Shown: positions 10,002 to 19,302, numbered from the stretch's first letter. The stretch is 64,000 nt of DNA from an uncultured Acidobacteriota bacterium (GCA_963764715.1 CAVXTP010000001.1:11504-75503), one strand, 5' to 3'. Notes: generated by a model not told the origin, from the letters alone. A program made the numbers and translations.

Positions 10002-10901
10002 ATGGCCTCCGTCCTCGTCATCGGCGCGGGCACGATGGGCCGCGGGATCGCCGGGGTCTGCGCCCTCGCGGGCCACGACACGCGGGTCTTCGACGCCGAT
10101 CCCGACGCCCAGCGCGCCGTGCGCGGGCACGTGGAGTCGACCTGGAGCCGCGCCGTCGACAAGGGCAAGCTGACCGCCGCCGCGGCGGAGAGCGCGCGGC
10201 ACCGGCTGCGCATCATCGAGCGGCTCAAGGACGCGACGGAGGTCGACATCGCCATCGAGGCCGTGCCCGAGGCCCTCGACCTGAAGCAGATGCTCTTCTC
10301 GGAGCTCGACGACCTCTGCCCGCCGCGCACGATCCTCGCGTCCAACACGTCCTCGCTCTCGATCACCCGGATCGGAAAGGCCACGGGCCGCCGCGACCGC
10401 GTCATCGGCATCCACTTCTTCAACCCGGTCGCCGCGATGCCTCTCGTCGAGATCGTCCTGGGCCACGACACCTCCGCCGAGACCGAGACCCGGGCGCTCG
10501 AGCTCGTCCGCTCGCTCGGCAAGGAGGCGGTCCGGGTCCACGACTCGCCGGGCTTCGCCACCTCGCGCCTCGGCGTCGCGCTCGGCCTCGAGGCGATGCG
10601 GATGGTCGAGGAGGGGATCGCCAGCGCCGCGGACATCGACCGCGCCCTCGAGCTCGGCTACGGCCACCGGATGGGACCGCTCAAGACGACCGACCTCGTG
10701 GGCCTGGACGTGCGCCTCGCGATCGCCGAGACGCTCGCCGCCGAGCTGCCCTCGGACCGGTTCACGCCCCCGGAGATTCTGCGCACCCTCGTGGCCGAGG
10801 GGAAGGTCGGCCGGAAGTCCGGCGAGGGCTTCTACCACTGGGAGGGCGACAAGGCCGTCGGCCCGGGGCCACGGGCGGCCTCGCTCGCGAAGAAGCGATG
10901 A
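10002..10901 (+). CDS. 3-hydroxyacyl-CoA / 3-hydroxybutyryl-CoA dehydrogenase
   Basis: NAD-binding GAGTMG motif and HFFNP motif. Confidence 0.75.
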   Translation: MASVLVIGAGTMGRGIAGVCALAGHDTRVFDADPDAQRAVRGHVESTWSRAVDKGKLTAAAAESARHRLRIIERLKDATEVDIAIEAVPEALDLKQMLFSELDDLCPPRTILASNTSSLSITRIGKATGRRDRVIGIHFFNPVAAMPLVEIVLGHDTSAETETRALELVRSLGKEAVRVHDSPGFATSRLGVALGLEAMRMVEEGIASAADIDRALELGYGHRMGPLKTTDLVGLDVRLAIAETLAAELPSDRFTPPEILRTLVAEGKVGRKSGEGFYHWEGDKAVGPGPRAASLAKKR

Positions 10902-11404
10902 GCGTTCCGGACCGCCGGGGCCTGAACCTCGGGATCGCCCTGATGGCGCTCGGCGTCTTCTTCCTGGTGCGCCGCGAGCTGCACCTGACCGGTCCCGGGC
11001 CGATCCTGCTGCTGATCGGGACGGTGCTCTTCGCGATCTCGGCGCTGCGCAACTTCCGCGGGCCGGTCGTGCCCGCCGGGGTCCTCATCGGCCTGGGGAC
11101 GGGATTTCTCCTGCGCGACCCGCTCGAGCCCTGGATGCCTCACTGGGCGACGCTGCTCGCCTTTCTCGGGGGCGGCCTGCTCCTCGCCGCCGCCGTGGAT
11201 CGCTACGCGGGCCGGGAGCGGCGGCCGTCGACCCTGACCCCCGGCCTCGTGCTCGTCGCGATCGCGGCGGCGACCGCCTTCTCCCAGAACATCGAGCTGC
11301 CGGAGAACCTGTTCCAGATCGCCTGGAAGCTCTGGCCGTGGGCGCTCGTGGCGGCGGGGGTGATGCTCGTCGTCCAGGGGATGCGCGGGCGCCGGAGCAC
11401 GTAG
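10898..11404 (+). CDS. hypothetical membrane protein
   Basis: Several TM helices. ATGA overlap with the upstream gene. Confidence 0.4.
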   Translation: MSVPDRRGLNLGIALMALGVFFLVRRELHLTGPGPILLLIGTVLFAISALRNFRGPVVPAGVLIGLGTGFLLRDPLEPWMPHWATLLAFLGGGLLLAAAVDRYAGRERRPSTLTPGLVLVAIAAATAFSQNIELPENLFQIAWKLWPWALVAAGVMLVVQGMRGRRST

Positions 11405-11420
11405 GCCGGGCCCTCCGATT

Positions 11421-11628
11421 CGCGTCGAGGCACGACACGTCGCGGTCTGCGGCGTGCGAGGGCGGGGACGAGCCCCGCCCCTACGACCGGAGCGCGGCAC
11501 TCGCAGCGCCGGCTGCATCGTCGGCCCCACGGTCGTCGGGGCGCCCATGTCGCCGCCCTCTGCGTCGCGTCGAGGCACGACACGTCGCGGTCTGCGGCGT
11601 GAGGGGGCGGGGACGAGCCCCGCCCCTA
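11421..11628. repeat. two direct copies of a ~63 nt GC-rich REP-like unit containing the palindrome GGGGCGGGGACGAGCCCCGCCCC
   Basis: Near-identical 63-mers at 11421-11483 and 11565-11628. Related palindromes occur at about 20915-20945 and 45901-45957. Confidence 0.75.
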
Positions 11629-11651
11629 CTTTGTTCGACGGCGAGAGGACT

Positions 11652-12215
11652 TCAGTCCAGGTTCAGCACCCGCACGACCTCTTTCGGCTTCTCTGCCGGC
11701 GGCGGCGCGGAGCGGCGGGCGGCGAGCAGGCCCGCGGTCGCCACGAGCACCAGCGCGGCGGCCGCGATCTCGAGCGAGAAGAACCCCGTCGCCAGGCGGT
11801 GGTAGCGGTCGAGGAGGACGCGCGACGGGTCGGCGGCGGGCAGGCTGTCGATCAGCCCCGGCGCCTCCTCGCGGATGCGGTCGATCGGCGGGATCAGGAG
11901 CTGCCGGATGACGAGCGCCGCGAAGAACCCGAGGACCGGCATCCGGGTCAGGAGCGCGCGGGTCGCCTTCGGGGCGTCGCGCCGGGTCAGGAGCCAGGAG
12001 GTCGCGAAGAGCACCGCGAAGCTCGCCTCGGCGAGGACGCACATCTTCGAGAGGATCGGGCTCTGCACGGCCGCCGCGAGGTCGCGGGTCGGCAGGACGC
12101 GGAAGACCGACGGCGCGACGACCGCCCCGAAGAAGACCGGCGGAGCCAGCGCCAGGGCGAGGGCCGCCAGGTGGACCGTCAGGACGAGCGTGTCGAGCCG
12201 GCCGTCGGTCCTCAC
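11652..12215 (-). CDS. DUF4149-like membrane protein
   Basis: Small 4-TM protein. Confidence 0.4.
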   Translation of the reverse strand: MRTDGRLDTLVLTVHLAALALALAPPVFFGAVVAPSVFRVLPTRDLAAAVQSPILSKMCVLAEASFAVLFATSWLLTRRDAPKATRALLTRMPVLGFFAALVIRQLLIPPIDRIREEAPGLIDSLPAADPSRVLLDRYHRLATGFFSLEIAAAALVLVATAGLLAARRSAPPPAEKPKEVVRVLNLD

Positions 12216-12216
12216 C

Positions 12217-13056
12217 CTACGGAGCCCACTCGGCCTCGACCGCCGGGGTCAGGCCCGCGGCGTGCGCCCGATCGAGCAGGGTCTGGACCGCCCGGCGGCC
12301 CGCCTCGCCGTACCCCTGCGTCCAGGCGTTAACGTACATCCCGACGAATCGGTCGGCCTTTTCCCGGGGGAGCCCCCGGGCGTACTTCATGGCGTGATCG
12401 AGGGCCGCGCCGCGATGCGCCAGGCCGTACTCGATCGAGCGGGAGAGGGCGCGCGAGATGCGGCCGATCCGCTCGGCGCCGAGGTCCTTCCGGACGACGT
12501 TGCCCCCGAGGGGAAGCGGCAGCCCGGTCTCCTCCTTCCACCAGCGGCCGAGGTCGACGATTTCCGTCAGCCCCTCGTCGCGGAAGGTGAGCTGGCCCTC
12601 GTGGATGAGCAGGCCCGCACGCTCCTCGCCCGACGCCACCGCCTCCTGGATCCGGTCGAAGGAGAGCGGGCGCATGCGAACGCCCGGCGCCCAGAGCTGG
12701 AGGGCGAGCGCCGCGGTCGTCCAGGGCCCGGGCGACGCGACGACGACGTCGCCGGCGGCGATCGCGGCGCGTTCGATCGGCTCGCGCGCGACGACGACCG
12801 GCCCGTAGCCGTCGCCGAACGACGCGCCGTGGGGAAGGAGGAGGTAGCGGTCCGCCAGTCGCGTGTACGCGTGGAAGGACACGGCGGTGACGGCGAGCTC
12901 CCCGGCCATCGCGCGGCGGTTGAGCGACTCGATGTCGGACAGCTCGTGCGTGAACGCGAGGCCCTCGGTGTCGACGCGCCCCTCGGCGAGGGCGTAGAAC
13001 ATGAAGGCGTCGTCCGAGTCGGGACTGTGCGCGACGGTGATGGTCTCGGCGGTCAC
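12217..13056 (-). CDS. MqnA/MqnD-family menaquinone (futalosine pathway) biosynthesis protein
   Basis: HSPDSDDAFMFYAL N-terminal motif of the MqnA/MqnD fold. Confidence 0.5.
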   Translation of the reverse strand: MTAETITVAHSPDSDDAFMFYALAEGRVDTEGLAFTHELSDIESLNRRAMAGELAVTAVSFHAYTRLADRYLLLPHGASFGDGYGPVVVAREPIERAAIAAGDVVVASPGPWTTAALALQLWAPGVRMRPLSFDRIQEAVASGEERAGLLIHEGQLTFRDEGLTEIVDLGRWWKEETGLPLPLGGNVVRKDLGAERIGRISRALSRSIEYGLAHRGAALDHAMKYARGLPREKADRFVGMYVNAWTQGYGEAGRRAVQTLLDRAHAAGLTPAVEAEWAP

Positions 13057-13441
13057 GGGTCGGATTCTAGTCGCAGCCGGCGACGCGCGGGCGCGTCGGG
13101 ATCGCGGCCGGAGGAGACGCGAGGTCGCGCCGCGGGTCGCGGCGAGCCCGAAGTCGGGCTCCGGAGACGCCGCGGAGGTCGCGGCGACTTGACTTGCGTC
13201 CCCGCGAACGCCACAATGAAGTCAAGAGCGATTGCAAGGAAAAATCTTGTACCAACGCGAGGGATGCTTCTAAAATCAAATCGCCGGCTGGGTTGCGGCC
13301 CAACCGGCGATTTTGACGAGCGTATGACCCATCAAACATTCGGCAGCGGCAGACTGAAGGCGATACGCCCTTTGACGGGGGCGGAAAAACTAGCATCTCG
13401 CCCGAGGGCTGTCAATTGGCTGTCGGGAGGGAGGTGACGTA

Positions 13442-13501
13442 ATGGCGACGAAGAAGAAGGCCGCGAAGAAGGCGAAGAAGGCTACCAAGAAGAAGAAGTA
13501 A
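13442..13501 (+). CDS. 19-aa lysine-rich micro-protein (MATKKKAAKKAKKATKKKK)
   Basis: Strong SD (GGGAGGGAGGTGA) 6 nt upstream of the ATG, TAA stop, then an intrinsic terminator. Confidence 0.4.
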   Translation: MATKKKAAKKAKKATKKKK

Positions 13502-13534
13502 GTCAACGACTTACGCTTCGAACACGGTTTCTCG

Positions 13535-13560
13535 GGGGCCCGCGGGCCCCCTTTTTTTTC
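13535..13560 (+). terminator. rho-independent terminator GGGGGCCCGCGGGCCCCC-TTTTTTTT
   Basis: Perfect GC hairpin followed by a T8 run. Confidence 0.7.
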
Positions 13561-13609
13561 GCCTTGATTTTCACCACGAGAGGACACGCCCGGGCCGGAA
13601 CCCGCTCCA

Positions 13610-13633
13610 GACTATATCTATGTTGATATAGTC
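13610..13633. promoter_or_regulatory. palindromic operator-like site GACTATATCTA-TG-TTGATATAGTC immediately upstream of the PadR gene
   Basis: AT-rich inverted repeat 5 nt before the PadR GTG start. Confidence 0.5.
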
Positions 13634-13637
13634 GGCC

Positions 13638-14213
13638 GTGTCCCTCCCCCACCTGCTCCTCGGGTTGCTCCACGCCGAGCCGCGCACGGGCTACGATCTC
13701 GCGCGCGCGGTCCGCGACGAGGTCGACCCGGCGTGGAGCGCGGGCTACTCCCAGATCTACCCCGCCCTGGCGGGGCTGCGCCGCCGCGGGTGGGTCCTCC
13801 TCCGGACGCTGGGCCCCCGCCGCGGCCCCCCCCGCCTCCTCTACCGGGCGACCGCCGCCGGCCGCCGGGAGCTCCAGCGGTGGCTCGCGGAAGCTCCCCC
13901 GCCTCCCCGCCGCAACGACGCCATCCTCGCCCGGGTCGCGCTGCTCGACGCCCTCCCTCCCGCCGCCCGCGCCGGCGTCCTCTCGCGGCTCGCCGCGGTT
14001 CTCGCGGCGGAGGCCGACCGGCTCGAGGCGCTCGGCGCCGGCGAGGGGTCGCGCGGCTTCGCCCGGCGGGCCGCCGCGGCCGAGCGCCGGGGACTCGCGC
14101 TCTTCCTCGATCGCGGGGCCGCTCCCGCTCCCGCCGTCCGGCGCTCGGCGCTCTCCCGCCCCGGCTCGCCGCAAAGTCCTTCCGGCGCCCGCCGTCGGAA
14201 GTATCATCGGTAG
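13638..14213 (+). CDS. PadR-family transcriptional regulator
   Basis: N-terminal winged-helix PadR signature (LLLGLL...PRTGYDL...YPAL..LRRRGW). Confidence 0.6.
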   Translation: MSLPHLLLGLLHAEPRTGYDLARAVRDEVDPAWSAGYSQIYPALAGLRRRGWVLLRTLGPRRGPPRLLYRATAAGRRELQRWLAEAPPPPRRNDAILARVALLDALPPAARAGVLSRLAAVLAAEADRLEALGAGEGSRGFARRAAAAERRGLALFLDRGAAPAPAVRRSALSRPGSPQSPSGARRRKYHR

Positions 14214-14229
14214 CCCGAGGGGAGGAGCC

Positions 14230-14937
14230 ATGAGCGAAGAGCCGAAGGGCGGCTTCACGCGTCGAGACCTCGTCCGAGGCACGCTCGTCGGAGCGATCGC
14301 CGCCGGAGCACCCGTCAAGCTTCGCGCCGGCGAGACCGGGATCGTCGGCCCGGGTCCGGCGCCCGTCGACCTGAAGGTCAACGGCGAGGTGCATCACCTT
14401 TCCGTCGAGCCCCGGGTCACGCTCGTCGACGCACTGCGGGACCGCATCGGCCTGACCGGCACCAAGTCGGTCTGCGGCCGCGGCGCCTGCGGCGCCTGCA
14501 CGGTGCTCGTCGACGGAGTGGCCGTCTGCTCCTGCCTGACGCTCGCGCACGAGGTCGCGGGCCGGTCGATCACGACGATCGAGGGCCTCGCCGCCGACGG
14601 GCGGCTGTCTCCCCTCCAGGAGGCCTTCGTCGCCGCCGACGCCCTGCAGTGCGGCTTCTGCACCTCCGGCATGGTGCTTTCCTGCAAGGTCCTCCTGGAC
14701 CACAACCCGAAACCCTCCCGCGCCGAGATCCGCGCCGCCGTGGCCGGCAACCTGTGCCGATGCGGAACCTACCCGCACGTTTACGACGCCGTCGAGCGCG
14801 CGGCGGGCCTGAAGACGGCGGCGGCCGGTGAGGCGTTGCCGGAGGCCGCCGCGCTCGAGGCCCGGGCCCGGGGATTCCACGACGACTCCCGCGTCGCGCT
14901 CGCGACCGCGGAAGCCCTCGAAGCCGAGGAGGCCTGA
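14230..14937 (+). CDS. (2Fe-2S)-binding small subunit of a xanthine dehydrogenase/aldehyde oxidoreductase-family molybdoenzyme, with Tat signal
   Basis: TRRDLVRG twin-arginine motif. Two [2Fe-2S] Cys clusters (CGRGACGACT, CGFCTSG...CRCG). Confidence 0.75.
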   Translation: MSEEPKGGFTRRDLVRGTLVGAIAAGAPVKLRAGETGIVGPGPAPVDLKVNGEVHHLSVEPRVTLVDALRDRIGLTGTKSVCGRGACGACTVLVDGVAVCSCLTLAHEVAGRSITTIEGLAADGRLSPLQEAFVAADALQCGFCTSGMVLSCKVLLDHNPKPSRAEIRAAVAGNLCRCGTYPHVYDAVERAAGLKTAAAGEALPEAAALEARARGFHDDSRVALATAEALEAEEA

Positions 14938-14938
14938 C

Positions 14939-17236
14939 ATGACCGAGAAGCTTCGCGTCGGCTTCAACGGAGAGTTTCAGACCAAGGAGATCACGGTCTC
15001 GGCGGACGATCCCGCGCCCTGGGACCCGTCGGCCAGGCTGTCGATCGTCGGAACGCGCGTCCCGCGCCTCGACGGTCCGGCCAAGGCGAGCGGGGAGGCG
15101 CGCTACTCGATCGACGTCCGCCTCCCGGGGCTTCTCTATGGGCGGATCCTGCGGAGCCCCTGGGCGGCCGCCACGGTCAAGTCGATCGACCTCGCCCCGG
15201 CCCTGAAGCTCCCGGGCGTCCGGGCCGCGGTCGCGCTCGCCGAGCCGGGCGAGAAGGTCCGCTTCGCCGGCCAGGAGGTCGCCGCGGTCGCCGCCGACAC
15301 CCCGGAGCGGGCCGGCGACGCCCTCGCGGCGATCGTCGTCGCCTACGAGCAGCGTCCGTTCGTCGTCGGCATCGAGGCCGCCTCCAAGCCCGGCGCGCCC
15401 CTCGTCTTCGAGGGCCAGGCCCAGGAAAAGACCTCCGCCGGCGAGGTCGAGGAGCGCAAGTCCGGACTGCCCCGCAAGGGCAACGTCATGGGCCCCCGCC
15501 AGAGCGGCAAGGGCAGCGTCGAAGCGGGCTTCCGCCGGGCCGACGCCGTCGTCGAAGCCACCTACGTCACGCAGGTCCAGCTCCACACGGCCCTGGAGAC
15601 CCACGGCCTGGTGGCGCACTGGGACGGCGGGGACCTGAAGGTCTGGGCCTCGACGCAGGGCATCTTCTCGGTCCGCGACGAGCTCGCCGAGGCCCTGAAG
15701 ATCCCGGCCTCGCGCATCCAGGTGGTCACGGAGTACATGGGCGGAGGCTTCGGCGCCAAGTTCGGCGCCCGCATCGAGGGCGTCGCGGCCGCGAAGCTGG
15801 CGAAGCAGGCCGGCGCCCCGGTCAAGCTCTTCCTCGACCGCAAGGAGGAGCAGCTCGCGACCGGCAATCGCCCCTCCTCGATCCAGTGGATCAAGGCCGG
15901 CGCCACGAAGGACGGGAAGCTGACGGCCCTGCACCTGATCGCCCGCGGCACCGGCGGCACCAACGGGGGCACCGGCACGTCCGGGCCGATCAAGAACGTC
16001 TACGCCTGCGAGAACCTCAAGGTCGAGGAGTACGACGTCTTCACCAACGCCGGACCGTCGGCCGCGATGCGCGCGCCCGGGCACCCGCAGGGCGCCTTCG
16101 CCCTCGAGGCGACGATGGACGAGCTCGCGGCGAAGCTCGGCATGGATCCGCTCGAGTTCCGGATGAAGAACGACCCGTCGGAGGTCCGGCGGGAGGAGTT
16201 CCGGATCGGCGCCGAGAAGATCGGCTGGAAGACGCGCGACGCCCGCCGCAAGACCGACGACCCGGCCGTCCGGCGGGGCATCGGCGTCGGGGCGGCCGTC
16301 TGGTACGACACGGGCGGCACCGGCCCCCGGGCGACCGTCGCGATCAACCGGGACGGCTCGGCCGAGGTCGAGCACGGCGTCCAGGACCTCGGCACCGGCT
16401 CGCGCACGATGGTCGCGATCGTCGCGGCCGAAGAGCTCGGCCTGCCGCTCGAGAAGGTCTCGGTCCGCATCGGAAACACGCGCATGCCCTTCGGGCCGGC
16501 CTCGGGCGGGTCGACCACGACGCCCTCGAGCGCGCCCACGATCCGCCGGGCGGCCTGGCAGGCCAAGCAGAAGATGGCCGCGGCCGTCGCGAAGGAGTGG
16601 AAGGTCCCCGCCGCCTCGGTCTCGATCGAGCGCGGCGCGGTCACGGCCTCGGGCGGTACGCCCAGGAAGGCGAGCTGGGAGGAGGCCTGCAAGCTCCTGC
16701 CCGAGGAGGGCGTCTCCGCCACCGCCGACCGGGCCGAGAACAACGAGGGCGCCTGGAAGCGGTTCATCTGCGGGGCCCAGTTCGCGGAGGTCCTCGTCGA
16801 CACGGAGACCGGCCGGGTCACCGTCGAGAAGGTCGTCGCCGTGCACGACTGCGGCCTCGCGATCAACACCCTGACGACCGAGAGCCAGATCCAGGGCGGC
16901 GTCATCCAGGGGGTCTCCTACGCGCTGTTCGAGAACCGGGTGCTCGACCGCGGCAGCGGCCGGGTGCTCAACCCCAACGTCGAGCAGTACAAGATCGCCG
17001 GCGCGCTGGACTGTCCGGAGATCGAGACCGTCATCCTCCCGGTCTGGGCCGGGGTCAACAACACGCAGTCGACGGGCATCGGCGAGCCCGCGACGGTGCC
17101 CACGGCCGCCGCCATCGCCAACGCCGTCTCGCACGCCATCGGCGTGCGGATCACGAGGCTTCCGATCACGCCGGAGGTCGTTCTCGCCGCCGTGGACGCG
17201 GCCGGGAAGTCGAAGGCTAAGGGGGGTCGCGCATGA
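14939..17236 (+). CDS. molybdopterin-binding large subunit of the same molybdoenzyme
   Basis: 765 aa, MoCo-binding family. Start at MTEKLRV, inside a longer GC-driven ORF. Confidence 0.75.
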   Translation: MTEKLRVGFNGEFQTKEITVSADDPAPWDPSARLSIVGTRVPRLDGPAKASGEARYSIDVRLPGLLYGRILRSPWAAATVKSIDLAPALKLPGVRAAVALAEPGEKVRFAGQEVAAVAADTPERAGDALAAIVVAYEQRPFVVGIEAASKPGAPLVFEGQAQEKTSAGEVEERKSGLPRKGNVMGPRQSGKGSVEAGFRRADAVVEATYVTQVQLHTALETHGLVAHWDGGDLKVWASTQGIFSVRDELAEALKIPASRIQVVTEYMGGGFGAKFGARIEGVAAAKLAKQAGAPVKLFLDRKEEQLATGNRPSSIQWIKAGATKDGKLTALHLIARGTGGTNGGTGTSGPIKNVYACENLKVEEYDVFTNAGPSAAMRAPGHPQGAFALEATMDELAAKLGMDPLEFRMKNDPSEVRREEFRIGAEKIGWKTRDARRKTDDPAVRRGIGVGAAVWYDTGGTGPRATVAINRDGSAEVEHGVQDLGTGSRTMVAIVAAEELGLPLEKVSVRIGNTRMPFGPASGGSTTTPSSAPTIRRAAWQAKQKMAAAVAKEWKVPAASVSIERGAVTASGGTPRKASWEEACKLLPEEGVSATADRAENNEGAWKRFICGAQFAEVLVDTETGRVTVEKVVAVHDCGLAINTLTTESQIQGGVIQGVSYALFENRVLDRGSGRVLNPNVEQYKIAGALDCPEIETVILPVWAGVNNTQSTGIGEPATVPTAAAIANAVSHAIGVRITRLPITPEVVLAAVDAAGKSKAKGGRA

Positions 17237-18204
17237 AGCCGTTCACGCTGGTGCACGCGAAGTCGCTCGCCGAGGCCTCCCGCGCGACGGAAAAGCCGGA
17301 TACCGAGCTGAAGGCCGGAGGCGTCGACCTGCTCGATCGGATGAAGGAGGGCTGCGACAGCCCGGCGACCGTGGTCTCGATCGCCGAGGTGCCGGGGCTC
17401 GACCGCATCGAGGCGGGACCGCCCGGAAAGATCGGGGCGCTGGCGACCCTCGCGAAGATCGCGGCCGACCCGGGGCTCCGGAAGCACTACCCCGCCCTCG
17501 CCGCGTCCGCCGACGGGGCCGCCACGCCCCAGATCCGGAACATGGCGACCCTCGGCGGCAACCTCTGCCAGCGCCCGCGCTGCTGGTACTACCGCCTCGA
17601 GGAGTTCGACTGCCGCAAGAAGGGCGGCAACGACTGCTTCGCCCGCGACGGGGAGAACCGCTTTCACGCGATCTTCGACTCGAACCTGACCTGCTGCTGC
17701 GTCCATCCCTCGGCCACCGGGGTCGCCCTCTCGGCCTACGGCGCGACCCTCGAGGTCGTTTCCGCGAAGGGGCGGCGGACGCTTCCGATGGACAAGTTCT
17801 TCTTCCGGCCGGTCGACGATGCGACCCACGAGAACACGCTGTCGGCGGGCGAGATCGTCGAGACGATCGTGCTGCCCGCGCCGGCCGAGGGCGCCCGCTC
17901 GGTCTACCGGAAGCTCAAGGAGAAGGAGTCGTTCGACTGGCCGATCGTCGAGGTCTGCGTGGCGCTGACGATCTCGGGGGGGACGATCCGCAACCCGCGG
18001 GTCGTCTTCGGCTCGGTCGCACCGACCCCGCACCGGTCGCCCGAGGCCGAGACGGTCCTGAACGGCGCGAAGCCCTCGCCGGAGGTCGCCCGCAAGGCGG
18101 CCGAGGCCGCGGTCGCCTCCGCGAAGCCGCTCTCGCAGAACGCATACAAGGTCCGCCTGGCGAAAGTCGAGCTCGAGCGGGCACTCAAGGAGGTCTTCGC
18201 CTGA
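17233..18204 (+). CDS. FAD-binding subunit (CoxM/XdhB/PaoB-like) of the molybdoenzyme
   Basis: FAD-binding PCMH-type domain. ATGA overlap with the large subunit. Confidence 0.7.
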   Translation: MKPFTLVHAKSLAEASRATEKPDTELKAGGVDLLDRMKEGCDSPATVVSIAEVPGLDRIEAGPPGKIGALATLAKIAADPGLRKHYPALAASADGAATPQIRNMATLGGNLCQRPRCWYYRLEEFDCRKKGGNDCFARDGENRFHAIFDSNLTCCCVHPSATGVALSAYGATLEVVSAKGRRTLPMDKFFFRPVDDATHENTLSAGEIVETIVLPAPAEGARSVYRKLKEKESFDWPIVEVCVALTISGGTIRNPRVVFGSVAPTPHRSPEAETVLNGAKPSPEVARKAAEAAVASAKPLSQNAYKVRLAKVELERALKEVFA

Positions 18205-18289
18205 GGAGACCTCGGGTGGATGCGGGCTCTCGTCGTAGGGGCGGGGCTTGTGGCCGCCCGCTCAGAGAAGGGTTACGACCGGGGGCCCG

Positions 18290-18571
18290 ATGACGGACGA
18301 CCCGCTCGGCCCGATGCGGCGCTTCGCCCGCAAGGGCGAGGCGCCGATCGAGCCCGATGCTCTCCTCTGCCGCCACCTGCGGACCAAGACCTGGTTTTCC
18401 CCCGACGCGTTCGGCGAGGGGGATCCACGCCAGTCGCCCTCGACCGCGCAGTACTGGTGCCTGCGGACGATGCGCCCCAACGGGCCGGACGGCGACCTCG
18501 CACTGCCCGAAGAATGCACGGACGAGCGGATCTGCTTCGAGGCGCTGGTCGGAAAGAGCGGCGAGAGCTAG
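18290..18571 (+). CDS. hypothetical small Cys-containing protein
   Basis: ORF between the molybdoenzyme operon and the repeat hairpin. No recognisable family. Start uncertain. Confidence 0.25.
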   Translation: MTDDPLGPMRRFARKGEAPIEPDALLCRHLRTKTWFSPDAFGEGDPRQSPSTAQYWCLRTMRPNGPDGDLALPEECTDERICFEALVGKSGES

Positions 18572-18579
18572 AGGGCACC

Positions 18580-18678
18580 GGGGGTCAGGTCTTCATTTTT
18601 CGGCTCGGGGCGACAGTTCGCGACGGCTGAAAAATGAAGACCTGACCCCCTGCGGCTGAAAAATGAAGACCTGACCCC
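18580..18678. terminator. GGGGGTCAGGTCTTCATTTTTCGG inverted repeat plus an extra direct half-copy, between convergent genes
   Basis: Arms at 18580-18603 and 18623-18646. An additional copy of the right arm lies at 18650-18678. Confidence 0.6.
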
Positions 18679-18679
18679 T

Positions 18680-19264
18680 CTACCTCTTCTTCAGGTCCAT
18701 CAGGACCTGGCGCGCCACGGCCTTCAGGGTGTCGAAAACCCCGGCGCCGGTCGTGGCGACGGCTTCGAAGGTCGGCTCCCGCTTGATGTTGAGGCGCCGG
18801 TACATCTCGTCGGCCGCCATCGAGGTCGGCAGGTCCCGCTTGTTGAACTGCAGGACGTACGGCACGTTGGCGATGTCGTAGCCCTGCTCCTTGAGGTTCT
18901 TGTCGAGGTTGCGGATCGACTCGATGTTGGCTTCGAGGCGCGCCTCCTGCGAGTCGGCCACGAAGACGACGCCGTCGACGCCCTTGAGGATCAGCTTGCG
19001 CGAGGCGTCGTAGAAGACCTGGCCGGGGACGGTGTAGAGGTGGAACCGGGTCTTGAAGCCCTTGACCGTGCCGAGGTCGAGCGGCAGGAAATCGAAGAAG
19101 AGCGTGCGGTCGGTCTCGGTCGCGAGCGAGATCAGCTTGCCCTTGGCCGAGGGATTCGTGCGGTCGTAGATGTACTGGAGGTTCGTCGTCTTCCCGCAGA
19201 GGCCGGGGCCGTAATAGACGATCTTGCAGTTGATCTCCCGGGCCGCGTAATTGATGAACGTCAT
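18680..19264 (-). CDS. mglA: MglA-type Ras-like small GTPase
   Basis: [10 protein letters not shown]-loop, [10 protein letters not shown] switch region, FNKRDL motif. Confidence 0.8.
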   Translation of the reverse strand: MTFINYAAREINCKIVYYGPGLCGKTTNLQYIYDRTNPSAKGKLISLATETDRTLFFDFLPLDLGTVKGFKTRFHLYTVPGQVFYDASRKLILKGVDGVVFVADSQEARLEANIESIRNLDKNLKEQGYDIANVPYVLQFNKRDLPTSMAADEMYRRLNIKREPTFEAVATTGAGVFDTLKAVARQVLMDLKKR

Positions 19265-19302
19265 GAGGGTGCCATCGCCCGCCGATCCCGGCCGTCCGCC
19301 GC

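Noticed and set aside
13390-13587. 65-aa minus-strand ORF (MSSRGENQGEKKGG...FFFLVAFFAFF)
   Set aside because: Mirror image of the lysine-rich micro-ORF and its terminator (poly-Phe arising from AAG to CTT). It has no SD.
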